A stretch of 64,000 bases of DNA. Origin: Octopus vulgaris (Eukaryota). A program made the translations under genes and the position numbers. Positions 12,526 to 25,718 of this stretch are shown here, piece after piece (within the stretch, counting starts at the first letter, position 1; every line of letters begins with the position of its first letter). The DNA lies in NCBI GenBank assembly GCA_951406725.2, contig OX597829.1:33852001-33916000 (forward strand), in the 5' to 3' direction. The notes beneath the pieces are model-generated. The model was not told the DNA's origin and did not search any database. It saw only the letters and a program-made list of their open reading frames with translations.

Positions 12526-12943
12526 TTGGTTTGGGTTGCTAACACAGAATCACTTAAGAATTATACCAGTATATGAAAAAAATGTCATTTTATCAAAAAT
12601 ATTTAACAAACTTCAGAAACTGATAATATTAAAATTGTGCCTTTGTTATACAGCTATTGAAAATCTCACCTGCAACAAATTAATATTGTTTACTATTAAA
12701 CATTAAAATCTACTTTGCAGTGAATGAAATGGATGTTTAAATTTGTGAAAAATTGGATGCAGTGAATGTAAGGAATATCTAAATATGCAAAAAATTAAGA
12801 GTTCAAAATTCACAGATCAAAATTATAAGAAATTTCTTAGAACATGAAGTTATAGAAATACTTCCTTTAATGATTACTTTCTTTATTAGTTTTAGTAACT
12901 GTTACATACCTAATTGATACACAGCTTTCTCTTATAACATAGA

Positions 12944-12977
<34 letters not shown>

Positions 12978-12989
12978 TCTATCTATCTA

Positions 12990-13046
<57 letters not shown>

Positions 13047-14039
13047 TTATAAAAATAAGGATAACATCGATATTTAAATACTGAACTTATCAAGTGGCCA
13101 GCATGGAAATAAAAACCTTCTAAGGTAATAATTAAAATTATAAATTAGGGTATCTAACCGATACCACCATGCTAGAAATAGCAGTCAAAACTTGACTCTA
13201 AAACCACATAAAATGTTCATACACCAGCTGGAGAGAAGACGGAGAGACAAAATAAACTAGCAAAATATTACTGGATAATTCCATTGATATCAAGAGTAAA
13301 ATTAATTAACTAACTAGTAATCAATAATTTCACCAAGTAGAATTCGGCATGAAAAGGGACTTAAGTAATATTTTATAATTAGGGTTCAGCAAAGATTTGC
13401 TTTACCACATACCGAAGTTTAGAAATAGCAGCCAGAGAACCTTAGCTATTTCCTCTACTTTTGTTACTATTTGTTATTATTGATAATATGTTTATATATA
13501 TATATATATATATAAAATACAAAAATGGGACAAGAACAGAAAACATCCAGACGGTTAGGTGATACGAAAAAGGGACAAAAAAATACATTCAGATAGACAA
13601 TACAAAGAAATCAAAGATGGGTCATTCGGAGATTTCTATCCTCAGTTGAGTTCCAGATTAGCTTTGCAATTTTGACTGGTTATACTCGAGATTGCTCCAA
13701 TCTGGCCAGCCCCAAGGAAAAACTGAGAGCATTAGATTCCTTGGAAGAAAGCAGTGGTGTACGTAAACAAGGATGGAAAAAAACGGAGAAATGTTATGCG
13801 AATACAAATGCAAATAACAGGACATAACAACAGGTGTCTTTCGACTAAGGATGAATTAAATTAAGCTGGCGTGTGTTGAAGTAAAGCTTTATGGCAGGGA
13901 CATAAGATTAGACAGACACAGGGAGGAATATAGTTGTTGCATGGATGGTAGTTGAACCAAGAAAGAAAGGTCAAGCTTGGCCGAACACCAGTCACATGGG
14001 GAGAGAAGAGAGAGGTAGAGGCAGAGGGATACAAATGGT

Positions 14040-14585
14040 TGCTGGCAGGTTTCTGGCTAACTTGAAGTTCTTTTGCCAGTTCTCGAGTGGGATCACATGG
14101 ATCTTTCTCAGTGACAGTCTCTAATTAACTGTCATTGATGACAGACAGGCTTCCACTATACTTGTGATCTTCAAAGCTCAGGACTCCACTGTGAAATCAT
14201 TTGATCCATTTTCAAGCTGATCACTCAATGTCATTTCATCAGCAAATGTTTCGTTGATATCACGAGCAGACTCCACTGCTTAACATCCTTTTTTCAAGTT
14301 GAATAGCAGAATTGCTCAAATATTGTGCTTTCAGTGTTCCATTTCAGGTGATAGTAACAACTGTGAAAAAATATCAATGTTAAATTATTGATGCATTTGG
14401 GCAAGCCTATGTCTGTATTAGGAGCCAATTGCAAAAAAATGTTTAAAGAAAATTCAAAAGATTGCAAAAATCTGGTTCTTCATGGTTCAAAATGTTGTTT
14501 ACTATTAAACAATAAAATCTACTCTGCAGTGAATGAAATGGATGTTTAAATTTGTGAAAAATTGGATGCAGTGAATGTAAAGAAT
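14040..14585 (-). mobile_element. Mariner transposase N-terminal remnant with upstream sequence
   Basis: Minus strand encodes AILLFNLKKG..AVESARDINETF..PTRELAKEL (HTH region); 14495-14580 is duplicated at 12687-12771. Confidence 0.65.
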
Positions 14586-14959
14586 AAACAGGGAGACAAA
14601 ATAGAAAATGGTTTAGTGGCTAGCAATTTATCGTGGCAAATGCCAGGCAGTGGTGTCACACAGGATAGCTAGGAAGAAGGGGAGATAATAAAGTAGTGGT
14701 GGTCCCAAAATGAAGGTGAGAGTGTGTATGTGCATGTGGAAAGGGGTTGATGACATTGAGGTGTGCATCTGTACGTGTGTGGATTATGGTATAGGTGCTA
14801 GGAAGTGGTCAGTGCTAGTGTGTATAGTGGGGAATCAAGGAAGGTAGGTTGGGGTGTGTAGGGGTGGGTTAACAAGGGAGGGGGTGATGATGAAAGGAGA
14901 GGGTAGAAGGGAGAATGTGGGTGGGAGTGAAAGAGGAAGTAGTTGTCAGAGCAAGAGAG

Positions 14960-16050
14960 GAGAGATGGGTGGGAGAAGTTTAATGCCTGCTCACGGCGAA
15001 GACAGGAGTCCAGATGGCCCTGTGCATGGACAATCTGAACACAGACAGGTGTTGTAAAGAGTGACCAATAGAGTGGAAATGGCGTGAGACTGGAGTGTTG
15101 TTGCCGACTCTGATGTCTTTGGTGTGTTCCGTGAACCAGTCAGCCAAGCAGCTTCCCGTTTGACCTATTTATAGAGAAAGACAGAGCAGGAGATACAGTA
15201 GATGACATTGCTAGAAGTGCAGGTGAAGGAGTCAGTGATATGATAGGGTTGATGATGGGTGCCTGTGAGGAGGGTGGTGTTGGAGAGGTAAGGGCAAGTG
15301 TGGCAGCGTGGGTGGGAGCAGGGGAACAAGCAAGGTTGGGAGGTTGGGTTAGGGAAGAAGTTGAGGTATGAGTGTGTGTTTGTAGTGGATGGAGGTGGTA
15401 ACAGTGGAGTGATGAATGCTGACCAAAATGTCAAGAAAGACGACTGACAGGAGAAGTGGAGGGCAAGATGGAAAGATTTGACAAAAGAATGTAGTTATTT
15501 GCAGGAGAGTGAGGTCACATCAATATAACAACCATATAGTTTAGGAGTGGGACCAGTGAAACTTGAGAATATTTGGGTCTCAACATAGCCAACAAATAGG
15601 TTTGCATAGTTGGGGCCCATTCTCATTCCCATGGCCAATCCTGAGTCTTGCTGGTAAAAATCACCTGCGAACGAGAAGCAGTTAAGTGAGAGGACAAGTT
15701 CGGTCAGACGAAGGAGTGTGGATGTGTCAGGTTGGGAGTTGGGTCGAAGGTCAAGGAAATGTTGGAGCATACACTGCCCCTATGCTTAGTGGTACAGACC
15801 AAATCTGTGTCTGGTGCAAAGTCTCTTCTAGACCAATGGTAATGTGATGGTGGGTGAATACCATAGACAGGGCCATTGGAGCAAAGAAACACACCTGTAA
15901 GAGTTGGGGCAGCAGGGAACAGTATCAAATAGCCAGAGTGGAAGCTAGGAAACAAGTATATCTAGCCAAGGGAGAAGTAGAAAATTAGGAGTTTGCCTAT
16001 GTTCAGCATTGAGAAACAACAGACTGAAGTATTTCGGATTGCAGGAGAGT
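14960..16050 (-). mobile_element. Penelope-like element RT plus GIY-YIG, degraded and interrupted by an RTE fragment at ~15790-15855
   Basis: YQQDSGLAMGMRMGPNYANLFVG, SFTCTSSNVIYCISC and IGQTGSCLADWFTEH motifs on the minus strand. Confidence 0.85.
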
Positions 16051-16054
16051 GTGC

Positions 16055-16310
16055 GCAAAAAAATTGTTATGTCATAAGAGAGAAATGTGTCCACATGGAT
16101 GATGGTGCACTTGCTTTTAATGATTCTGCAAAAAAAGAGGCTTAGAGATGCCATTATGAAAGACTGCTGAACATGGAAAATGAATGGGAGGGGAGTTTGC
16201 CAAATGTTGACTCAGCTATCCGAATTGACAGTACCCTGGTAGATAAAGCAATTTAGGATATGAACACAGGGAAAGCCCCTGGCCCATCAGGAATCACTGT
16301 TGAGACACTC
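16055..16310 (+). mobile_element. RTE LINE internal fragment
   Basis: Homologous to 6805-7070 (HYERLLNMENEW, GKAPGPSGIT). Confidence 0.75.
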
Positions 16311-16659
16311 TTCCTTTTATGGCAAAATATGCACCTGATTCAATAAAATTATGGTGGTTACTCTGATTACTATGTATAAAATGCAAAATATTTTAGTTTT
16401 TGTAGATCAGGTAGACATAATTCACCCCTGACTTTCAATTTCAGTATTTAAGCTATGCATAGTACTGCTGTAGTACACATGCTATGTACACCCCTACAAC
16501 ACCATTTTCTTTACATGCTATAAATGCAGGGGTAAACTGCCTTTTGTTTCTTTTTTGGTTGTTTTACTACATAAAGGTCTCCAACTGCCTACCCTGAGTA
16601 ATTACTGATATATACACACACACACACATATATATACACGACACTGCTGTCCGCCATCC

Positions 16660-18467
16660 CATGGTCTCATGGGCCTACACCCTCAGGGTTGGCACATTGA
16701 AAAGTAGGTCTGGTGAGATTGTTGAGATGCTTGAATGGAAACATGTAGATTTGTGCTGCATCCAAGAAGTAAGGTGGAGTGAAAGTTCTGCAAGATTCCT
16801 CACAGGCAAAGAACATAGATATGAGATATTCTGGGCAGGGAACACTGATGGGGTCGCGGGCGAGGGTATACTTCTTGCAGAGAAATGGGTTGATAAGGTA
16901 ATCAAGGTAGTAAGAGTCTGATAGAAGATAGATTAGTGCTGCAACATGGTTTAGCTATCAATTATCTCAGCCTATGGAGGCTATGGTTTTGGTCCCCGCA
17001 ATGAGGAGGGAACCAGGCTGCTGGAGTTCTGCAATGCAAATGATCCTATGGTTTGCCATACTAACTTCAGGAAACCTGCCAGTCACCTAGTTACCTACCG
17101 ATCTGGTGACACACTAGTCAAATTGATTACATCCTCGCCAGGAAACAGGAATGATGGCTATATATAAAAGCCAAAACCTTCCCAGGTGAAGAATACACTC
17201 CACAACATAGATTAGTTGTGAAATGGATGCCCAGAAGATGATCAGCATAGAGTTGAAAGGTCTGGAAGCTTAGGGATCCTGCAAATGGACAGAGATTTAG
17301 AGATATATTACTCAAAGCTTTTGACAGAATAGAGGGGGATATAGCATCACATGATGTGGAAGACAGCTGGAGGTTTCTGCAGGACAACATGTTGAGGGCT
17401 ACTGACCGATCTGTGGATGGTGCAAAGTCCCCTCTCAACTTTGGTAGTCATTGCAGAAACTAGAGATAGATGAGTGGTTAGTGAGAGCTGTACAAGCCAT
17501 GTCTAGAGATGCTGGCAGTAAGGTGAGGGTTAGAAATGATTACACTGAAGAATTCCAGGTAGAGGTAGGGATTCACCAAGGATCAGTCCTCAGCCCCTTC
17601 TTATTCACTGTAGTCCTCCAGGCAATATTAGAGGAATTCAAGACAATGCCCCTGGGAGCTTCTCTATGCTGATGGCCTTGCTCTAATAGCTGAGTCACTA
17701 TCTGAACTAGAGAAGTTTCAGGTGTTGAAGCACTGTCTAGAATCGAAGGACCTTAGAGTCAATCTAGCAAAAACCAAAGTATGGAGGCAGACAAACTACA
17801 GATCCCCTCAGTAGAAAAGGCGTGGTTAGAAACTCCATAAGATGTACCCAGTGTAAGCTATGGACACATAAGAGGTGCTGCAATATCAAAGGAAGGCTGA
17901 CTGGGAAGATTGTTTTTTATGTGGCAAATGCTCAGGGGCAATAAACACTGAAAATGTGCAGAAAACAGCTTCTGTCACATTCCGGTGAGAAAAACTAGAA
18001 GTAATTGATAGCTTCTGTTACCTAGGTGACCAAGTCAGTAGCAGGGGTGGATGCTTAGAGAGTGTAGCTGCTAGAATAAGAATAGCCCGGGCTATTCTTA
18101 TTCTACCTTTGCTGGTGACAAAGGACCTCTCGCTCAGAGTAAAGGGTAGACTATTTTGCATGTATGCAAACAGCCATGCTATACGGCAGTGAAACATTGG
18201 CCATGACTGCTGAGGACATGCGTAAACTTGCAAGGAATGAAGCCAGAATGCTCTGTTGGATGTGTATACATGACAGTGTAAGCGCTCTGAGAGAAAAGTT
18301 GGATTCAAGAAACATCAGATTGAAGCCTAGTGCAGCCTTCTGGCTTGCCAGTCCTTAGTTTAACTGTCCAACCCATGCCAGCATGGAAAGCAGATGTTAA
18401 ACAATGATGATACACACACACACACACAAATATATGTATACATTAATGTATATATTTGTATACATTA

Positions 18468-18512
<45 letters not shown>

Positions 18513-19370
18513 ATATATACACATATATGTATACATGTATATATCTCTCTCTATCCGCTCGGTCGAAGTCAACTCTCGGTCATGTGTTGAATATGGATGA
18601 GGACAGCTGTGTGGAAAAAGTGTCACACCCTAGCAGTACAGGGAACCTATGGAAGAAGTAGAACTAGGAAGACCTGGGATGAGATAGTGAAGCACAACCT
18701 TTGAACATTGGGCCTTACTGAGGTGATGACAAGTGACTGAGACCTTTGGAGATATGCTGTGCTTCAGAAGACTTGGCAACCCGAGTGAGATCATAAATTG
18801 TGGCCTATGCCAGTGGGTGTAATCAGCTCATTTAAGAGTACCCTTCAATTATTGGGCAATAAGCTGTGCTTGCAAAGACCTGTTGAGGCAAGTGTAGTCG
18901 TTGTTCTGGGCGATGGCAGTACTGCCTGATTGGCATGTAAAATGCACCATTCGAGTGTGGTTAATGCCAGTGGTGCCTGACTGGCAATCATGCTGGTGGC
19001 ATGTAAAAAGCAGCATTCGAGCATGGTCAATGCCAGTGCCACCTGACTTCTCTCGTGCCGGTGGCATGTAAAAAGAACAATTAGAGCATGGTTGTTGCCA
19101 GTGTTGCCTGACTGGTTCCCATGCCAGTGGCACGTAAAAAGCACCATTCAAGTGTGGGTGATGCCAGTACCACCTGAGTGGCCCTCGTGCTGGTGGCACA
19201 TAAAAAGCACCCATTACACTCTCGGATTGGTTGGCGTTAGGAAGGGCATTCAGCTGTAGAATCTTTCCCAGATTGGATTGAAGCCTAGTGCAGCCTTCTG
19301 GCTTGCCAGCCCTTAGTCGAACTGTCCAACCCATGCCAGCATGGAAAGCAGATGTTAAACAATGATGATA
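16660..19370 (+). mobile_element. Degraded RTE LINE spanning APE endonuclease, partial RT, 3' UTR repeat array and (GAT)n tail
   Basis: VGTLKSRSGEIVEML..DLCCIQEVRW (APE), [17 protein letters not shown]; five ~66-nt repeat cores at 18930-19212; 3' tail to 19370. Confidence 0.9.
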
Positions 19371-20139
19371 CACACACACACACACACACACATAAATATA
19401 TGTATACATTAATGTATATATTTGTATACATATATGTGTGTGTGTATATATATGTGTGTTTGTGTGTGTGTATGTATACATGTATATATCTCTCTCTATC
19501 CGCTCAGTCGAAGTCAACTCTCGGTCACTCGTTGGATCAGTGTTCTAGTCAGTTCTATCCTGGGCCGCTTCCTTCAGATTGGCCATGTCCATTCCGGTAT
19601 CACTCCTGATGGTGTATACATACATACATATATATATATCCATACATACATGTATATAACTGTCTTAGAGATTCAAACATTTCACTCCATCTAATCTTGG
19701 ATATTGAAGTTATTTCCAGTATTTTGAATAGGGACTAATTAACAACACCACACTTATTTGCTTTGAGACTGAATTTTTTCAAACCCTCTAAGTTATTTGT
19801 AAAGGGTATTTAATTTACTGGACATTGTTTTTGTGTGCTAATAAATAATAAAGATTTATATCATCACAAATTTCTTTTGCAAACGTAACTTTGCAGTGGC
19901 AAGGTTATATGTATATATGTACGTATATGTATGTTATTGATTAAAGTGTTCAGTGTTATATGAATATATGTAAGGTGCGTGTTCAGATATATATTCCTCT
20001 CATATTTAATATATACAATACAATTTGTTTACATGTTTGAATATACTCAAGTCTTTTGTATATTTACATTTGTATTTAATTTTCATTTTCTAAATTTAAT
20101 GTTTCTCATATATAATTCTATACAATTCTCTATTCCCAG

Positions 20140-20745
20140 TCTCTTCAAATTTCTTCTCAGCTAAGCGGATTGCTTACTGAATCTCAGACCATACCAATTC
20201 AGCAAACAGCTGTTCAAGCACAGTCTCAGAGTCATCAACCAATTGCTGCACCACAAACTCTTCCAACTCTTCCTTCAACAAGCCAACAGCAAGCAGTCAC
20301 ACTGCCACAACAACACCAGCAGCAAGTCCAGTTACAACAACCCATGGCTCTACAACCACAACAGCAAGCTATGCAACCACAGCAACCTCCATCACAACAG
20401 CAACAACAGCAACAGACAGTGCAACAACCACCACAAGTTTCTCAACAGTCTCAACAGCTGAACTCCTTACAGTCTCAATCTCAACAACAGTCCCAACCAC
20501 AAAAGCCACCTACACCACAAGCCCAGCCACAGCAACAACACACTCCTAAACAACAACCTTTATCACAACCTTCAACACCACAGTCAAATACACCTCAAAA
20601 AGTCTTGCCTCCTGTTCAGCAAGGAGGTACTGGACAAAAAGCTCTTACTCCACAAATGCCTCAACCTCTAACACCGAAGCAGCAGCAGGTTCAACAATCA
20701 AACCAGTCCATGCCTGAAGTTATGTCAAAAGGAAAACAATTACCT
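20140..20745 (+). CDS. CREBBP: CBP/p300 exon, Q/P-rich linker (alternative in-frame acceptor at 20161)
   Basis: Pyrimidine tract and CAG at 20137-20139; open Q/P-rich frame; donor CCT|GTATGT, phase 0 into the next exon. Confidence 0.8.
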
Positions 20746-20901
20746 GTATGTATTATTAAAATTATTTAAGTTTTGATTAGTTTTAACTTCTAGATGCAAA
20801 TATTTTTGAGAAATTAATTTTTTGTTTTTGCTATAGTAGTAAATTTTGATGAAACACTTTGCATTGCTAGGTGTTAACTTTTTTTTAAACTTCATTTTCA
20901 G

Positions 20902-21409
20902 GATTCTGTTGACCATCCCTTACCAGAGTTAAAAGTGAAACAAGAATCAGGATTGTGCTTGTCTGAAGCCTTGTCAACAGTAACTACGACTACAATTACA
21001 ACTACGAGTGTATCTTCAGTTATGACAGCTACTACAACAGCAACTAATACAACTGTTACTCCTGCTGAAATTAAGACTGAAATCAAACCCCCAATTAAAT
21101 ATGAATTCATGAAAGAAGAGTTTATTAAAGAAGAGGAAATAATCAAATCAGAGTATCCAAAGCAAGATATTAAACTAGAACTATCAGATATGAAATCTGA
21201 ACTTAGAGCTGACAATAAAGATGAGCCATTGACTTTACCTCAGGTAAAAGAAGAGCCTATTGAAACTACAAATCAGCAGCAGAGTCCTGAGTCTACGACT
21301 AGTGGAAATCCTGAAAATATAAACGGTGGAGACACAAAAGCTAATGCCATTGGAGGTCCATTAGCACCAACCACTCCAGGATCTTCAACTCCTCCTAAAT
21401 CCAAAAAAG
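20902..21409 (+). CDS. CREBBP: CBP/p300 exon, T-rich and KxE-rich region before the bromodomain
   Basis: TTTCAG|GAT acceptor; DSVDHPLPELKVKQE..PPKSKK; donor G|GTAATA, phase 1. Confidence 0.88.
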
Positions 21410-21538
21410 GTAATATTGACTTTTGTGTGCTGTATTTTTCTCTTGCCTTGATTGTTTTAAAGAAACAAATTACTTTTTGTTCTTATAAATTAAATGAATA
21501 ACTAATTTAATCTCAAAATTATTTTTTAATGTTTTTAG

Positions 21539-21657
21539 TTTTCAAACCGGATGAACTGAGGCAGGCATTAATGCCAACATTAGAGAAACTTTATCGACAA
21601 GATCCAGAATCTTTACCCTTCAGACAGCCTGTTGATCCCAGTCTTTTGCAGATTCCA
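21539..21657 (+). CDS. CREBBP: CBP/p300 exon, bromodomain start (119 nt)
   Basis: VFKPDELRQALMPTLEKLYRQDPESLPFRQPVDPSLLQIP; TTTAG and GTAAGT boundaries. Confidence 0.97.
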
Positions 21658-24600
21658 GTAAGTAAAAATGAGCAAATTGTCATTTTTTAAATAATTTTAC
21701 TCTATTCTGTAAATTGTTTCTAATGTTTTATTTTTCTATAAATACATTTTATGTATGAAATAACTTAATATTTTTCCTAGAGAGAGTAAAGATCTAAATA
21801 CACAGTTTGCAAAAATGTTTCATTACAATTCTATTATAAAATACAATTACTTAAAAGTAACAAACTAATCCCAAACTGTAACTAGTCGTTCCTTTGATTT
21901 CACATTTAAGAGCAAAATTTATTTTTCAAGATTTTCAAAAACTATAATTTTAAAAATGTGAAGAGAATTTATAGAAAATACTCAGTTATCATGGAAATTT
22001 ATATTTCTTTTAACATAATAAAAGTTTGATTTCAATGGTATTTATAAATATTGACTAGGCGTGTAATTATAAAAGAAAATTATTAGAATTCAGTTTAGAA
22101 AATGAAACATATTAAATATATTTGAAAAATTCTTGAAAATCACCTATAGAATTAAATGGTGATGATGAAGTCACATACAAATAATACAAATTTAATAGGT
22201 AAGGATATGAAAATGTTCTTTGTTATTTGGAGGGTTTCTTTTGAATAATTTCAAATACCATGAACAATATATGGATAAATTACATTTTTCTATTGTACAT
22301 CTTAATGGATGTCATTAAGAATGTTGGAGGTAAGTATGTTTTATTTAACTCAATTATGTTGTTTCTGTAAATCATCTGACTTAAGTGGTTGAATTTTTTA
22401 ACTAGTGGCCAACCTTCAGATCTTATTGTTTCAACATTACATATAATGGCAAAAATATGATAACTAGATATTAATAAATAAGTATTTATTACATATATAA
22501 TTTTTATATTCTATTTTTATTGTTTACAGAGTGGGTCTTTTACCACGAATTGTTTAAAACATGGAACCTAGATTTTTAAATTTGATTTCATAAAGATCAA
22601 TTAATTTTAATGTATGCATTGTCTGTCTGTACATGGTGAGCATGAAAATGGTTTGTGTGTGTAGAACTGGTATGTAAATGTATTTATTCAAGTTTATTTT
22701 ATGAATTAAAAAGTTGTAATAGAAGGAATGAAGGATCTTGGTCCTTTTTGTATCATATTCCACTTTTGTTAATTTGTTGGTTACATTATTGTTTTCATTA
22801 TTTAGTAATTTATTGGTATTATTTATTTTAATTCATTATGTTAATTTATTCAATTAGATTTGTCTTGGAAAATTGAAGGAAATCTGATTTTGTCATATCT
22901 TTCTATTCTAAGTAGGTTCTAAATTTTGGGAAGTAATGTATGTTACTGTAGAGGTATTCTTAATAATTTTTTGGGAGGGATTTTCCTGCATGCTGAAAGA
23001 AGTAATTTAAAAATAAAAAAGGTTTTTTTCTTCTTTTTTCTGCATGTTAAAGGGTGTAATATTTAAACATAAAAATAAAAGGGATTAAATAGCAACTCTT
23101 AGAATTTAACTGAACTGACAGAAATAATTGTAAATATTAAATTGAAACTTTTTTCTTTTTCCAGGACTGTGAATCCCAAGTACACCTCAGGATCATGGTC
23201 TATATATATATATATTGTGTTTAGTTCTTTAGAATATTTTTTTGTGAAAGCAGTATGAATTAGCCATATGGGGATAATGTTCTTTTACATTTATACATAC
23301 AGATGCTCTCATGCAAATAAACAAAAAAAAATAACTTTAATCAAGTTAACTACCTTCCAATCCTTTAAAAATATTACATTCTTTTTTATTTACTCTTACA
23401 AATCTTCCCTTCAACTATCTGCTGTGTATGTTCCTGCTTCAGACTTTTGATCTTTGTAGCCATATCTTGAGCTTTCTTATGATTTTTGTTTTAATTGTCT
23501 TGATAATGATGGTAATAAAGTTTAAATTATCTATAAATATGTTTTCTTTAGATTGTAAAACTTGCAGTTAGAATTTTAAAAAAAAATTTTAAGAGTGGTG
23601 GGGTTACATAAGAAATAGAAGGCCAGACTAAATGCTTTCAGTGCAAAGTTCTACCCTATGCTCAGAGTTCAAATCCTATTTCACTTTACAATTCATCTTT
23701 CTGAGGTCAATAAAGAATGGTTAGTCATATACTGTCACTGATTCAGGCAATTTTGAACTCCCTCCCATTTTGCAACCTAGTACCAATGTAAAAAAAGATT
23801 ATTATATTACAAGTGCTGTTACGTTAAATTGCTTAATTTCTTCAGAAATGGTTTACTAAAATATGCCGTATTTTAATTTATTTATACTTAGTTTCAAGTA
23901 TCATCCAACAGTCACTTCAAGAAAATATCTGAATATTAATGAATGTGAAGAGTAATTTTCAAAATTTATCTCAGTACACTTATCAAAGAATTTTTAAAGC
24001 TGATGTAAAGATTTGGGCAACTACTAAAAGCTTTATATTCTTCCTAATAATATGATTCACCAAGATTTTGTTCCTAATACTTTTTCTTTACTTACTAATG
24101 TAGGTTAATATATCTACTTTAAAGTAGTCAAAACAAAGGTTTTAAATTTTCTGCAATTCATTTAAGTATTTTATGTGATTTGTGATCTTAGTAGATTTAC
24201 AACAGTTGAAAATTTATTGTAATATATTTTTCACTTTGTTTCCATTTATTGTATTTTTCTCCCATCACTCATTTCCTTTGGATCTTTCAACTACATACAT
24301 ATTTAAATAGAATAAATAGTTTAGTTGAAATACTTTGCTGATTTTTTTCTTTTTTTTTTTACTGACTGACCCTGGAATGTTTGTATTATTTTTTTCTCCT
24401 GGAACAGCTCCCCTGTCTAACACAAACACAGGACAAGAAATGGTGGAAACATTCTAAGGTCAGTTGGTAAACTCAAAAGAGCATATCAATTTTAAGTGTA
24501 TCTATTTGAAGTACATCCATGTATAATGGAGAGAGGTGCTAGAAATCTTTGAGCCCTTATGACAGTTTTTGAGGTTGAGTATATCTGTTTATCTAGTGTC

Positions 24601-25256
24601 TTCACTGTTTCAAGTTGCATAAAATGTATTCTGGTTCTATTTGCTTTTTCCTTCAAGGAAATATTTAAGTTATGACTTGGAAATTTTATTGATCATACAT
24701 TGTTTAATATGCTTTGTTTAAAATTAGGGATTTCTAATAAATTTCTTAAATACATACATTATTCTTTTTGGAGCTTATTTTCAAATTGCTTATGATTCTT
24801 AATTTTGCTTGGTACGTTGTGGTCAATTTTCTAGCTGACAAGTTTCCTACTTCATAGATTTAGATTTTCATTTCTTACCTAAGAAATGTTCTTCCATACA
24901 TAGATTGGATTATTTTATTAAAATGGAATTTAATTTAAGTAGACAGTTGATATAAAATAGTTCACTATTTTGTAGTCTTCTTACTGTTTTCATTTTGTAG
25001 ACTTTGGTATGGTGCTTTTAGTTTATTTGGTATCTGTTATAGTTTCAAAACATATATTTTTATGGCATACTATAAATCCAAAGCTTGTGGACCTGTCATG
25101 TAATGTTGAAACACTTAATGATCTGTAGAACTCATAGAAAATAACTGATCTTGCCAGACTGTTGTCAAAATACTCATTTAATGAGTATATATTAGCAGTT
25201 GGTAAAATTTTAATAATATTTAAGAAATGATATTATTAGTAATTGCTCTTTTACAG

Positions 25257-25427
25257 GATTATTTTATGATAATTAAGAAGCCCATGGACCTCTCCACTAT
25301 AAAAAGAAAGCTTGATACAGGACAGTACCAAGACCCATGGCAGTATGTTGAAGATGTTTGGCTCATGTTTGATAATGCATGGCTGTATAATAGAAAAACA
25401 TCAAGAGTTTATAAATACTGCTCAAAG
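25257..25427 (+). CDS. CREBBP: CBP/p300 exon, bromodomain core (171 nt)
   Basis: DYFMIIKKPMDLSTIKRKLDTGQYQDPWQYVEDVWLMFDNAWLYNRKTSRVYKYCSK; canonical splice sites. Confidence 0.97.
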
Positions 25428-25560
25428 GTAAGATAACAAAATATGAATTTTTAAATGCACAAATGTTTATATAAGAGTGGGATTTTGTTCTATCATACTT
25501 AATCATAATATTTTCTCAGTATCCATAATAACAGTTAATACATTTTACTTTCTATTTCAG

Positions 25561-25718
25561 TTAGCTGAAGTTTTTGAGGGTGAGATTGATCAGGTGATGC
25601 AATCCCTTGGCTATTGTTGTGGCCGGAAATTTGTTTTTAGTCCACAAGTGCTTTGTTGTTATGGAAAACAATTGTGTACCATTCCAAGGGATGCTGTGTA
25701 TTATAGCTATCAAAATAG
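25561..25718 (+). CDS. CREBBP: CBP/p300 exon, bromodomain end and RING start (158 nt)
   Basis: LAEVFEGEIDQVMQSLGYCCGRKFVFSPQVLCCYGKQLCTIPRDAVYYSYQNR; phase 2 donor. Confidence 0.97.

Noticed and set aside
13510-14030. Further hammerhead candidate near 13660-13720 (minus strand)
   Set aside because: Stem-like pairing exists but the catalytic core is not recognisable.
14820-14980. G-quadruplex-like G-rich tract
   Set aside because: Irregular G-runs adjoining the Penelope fragment; no sign of independent function.
1-20139. Upstream CBP exons (KIX, TAZ1)
   Set aside because: No recognisable CBP peptide found; a short low-complexity exon could have been missed.
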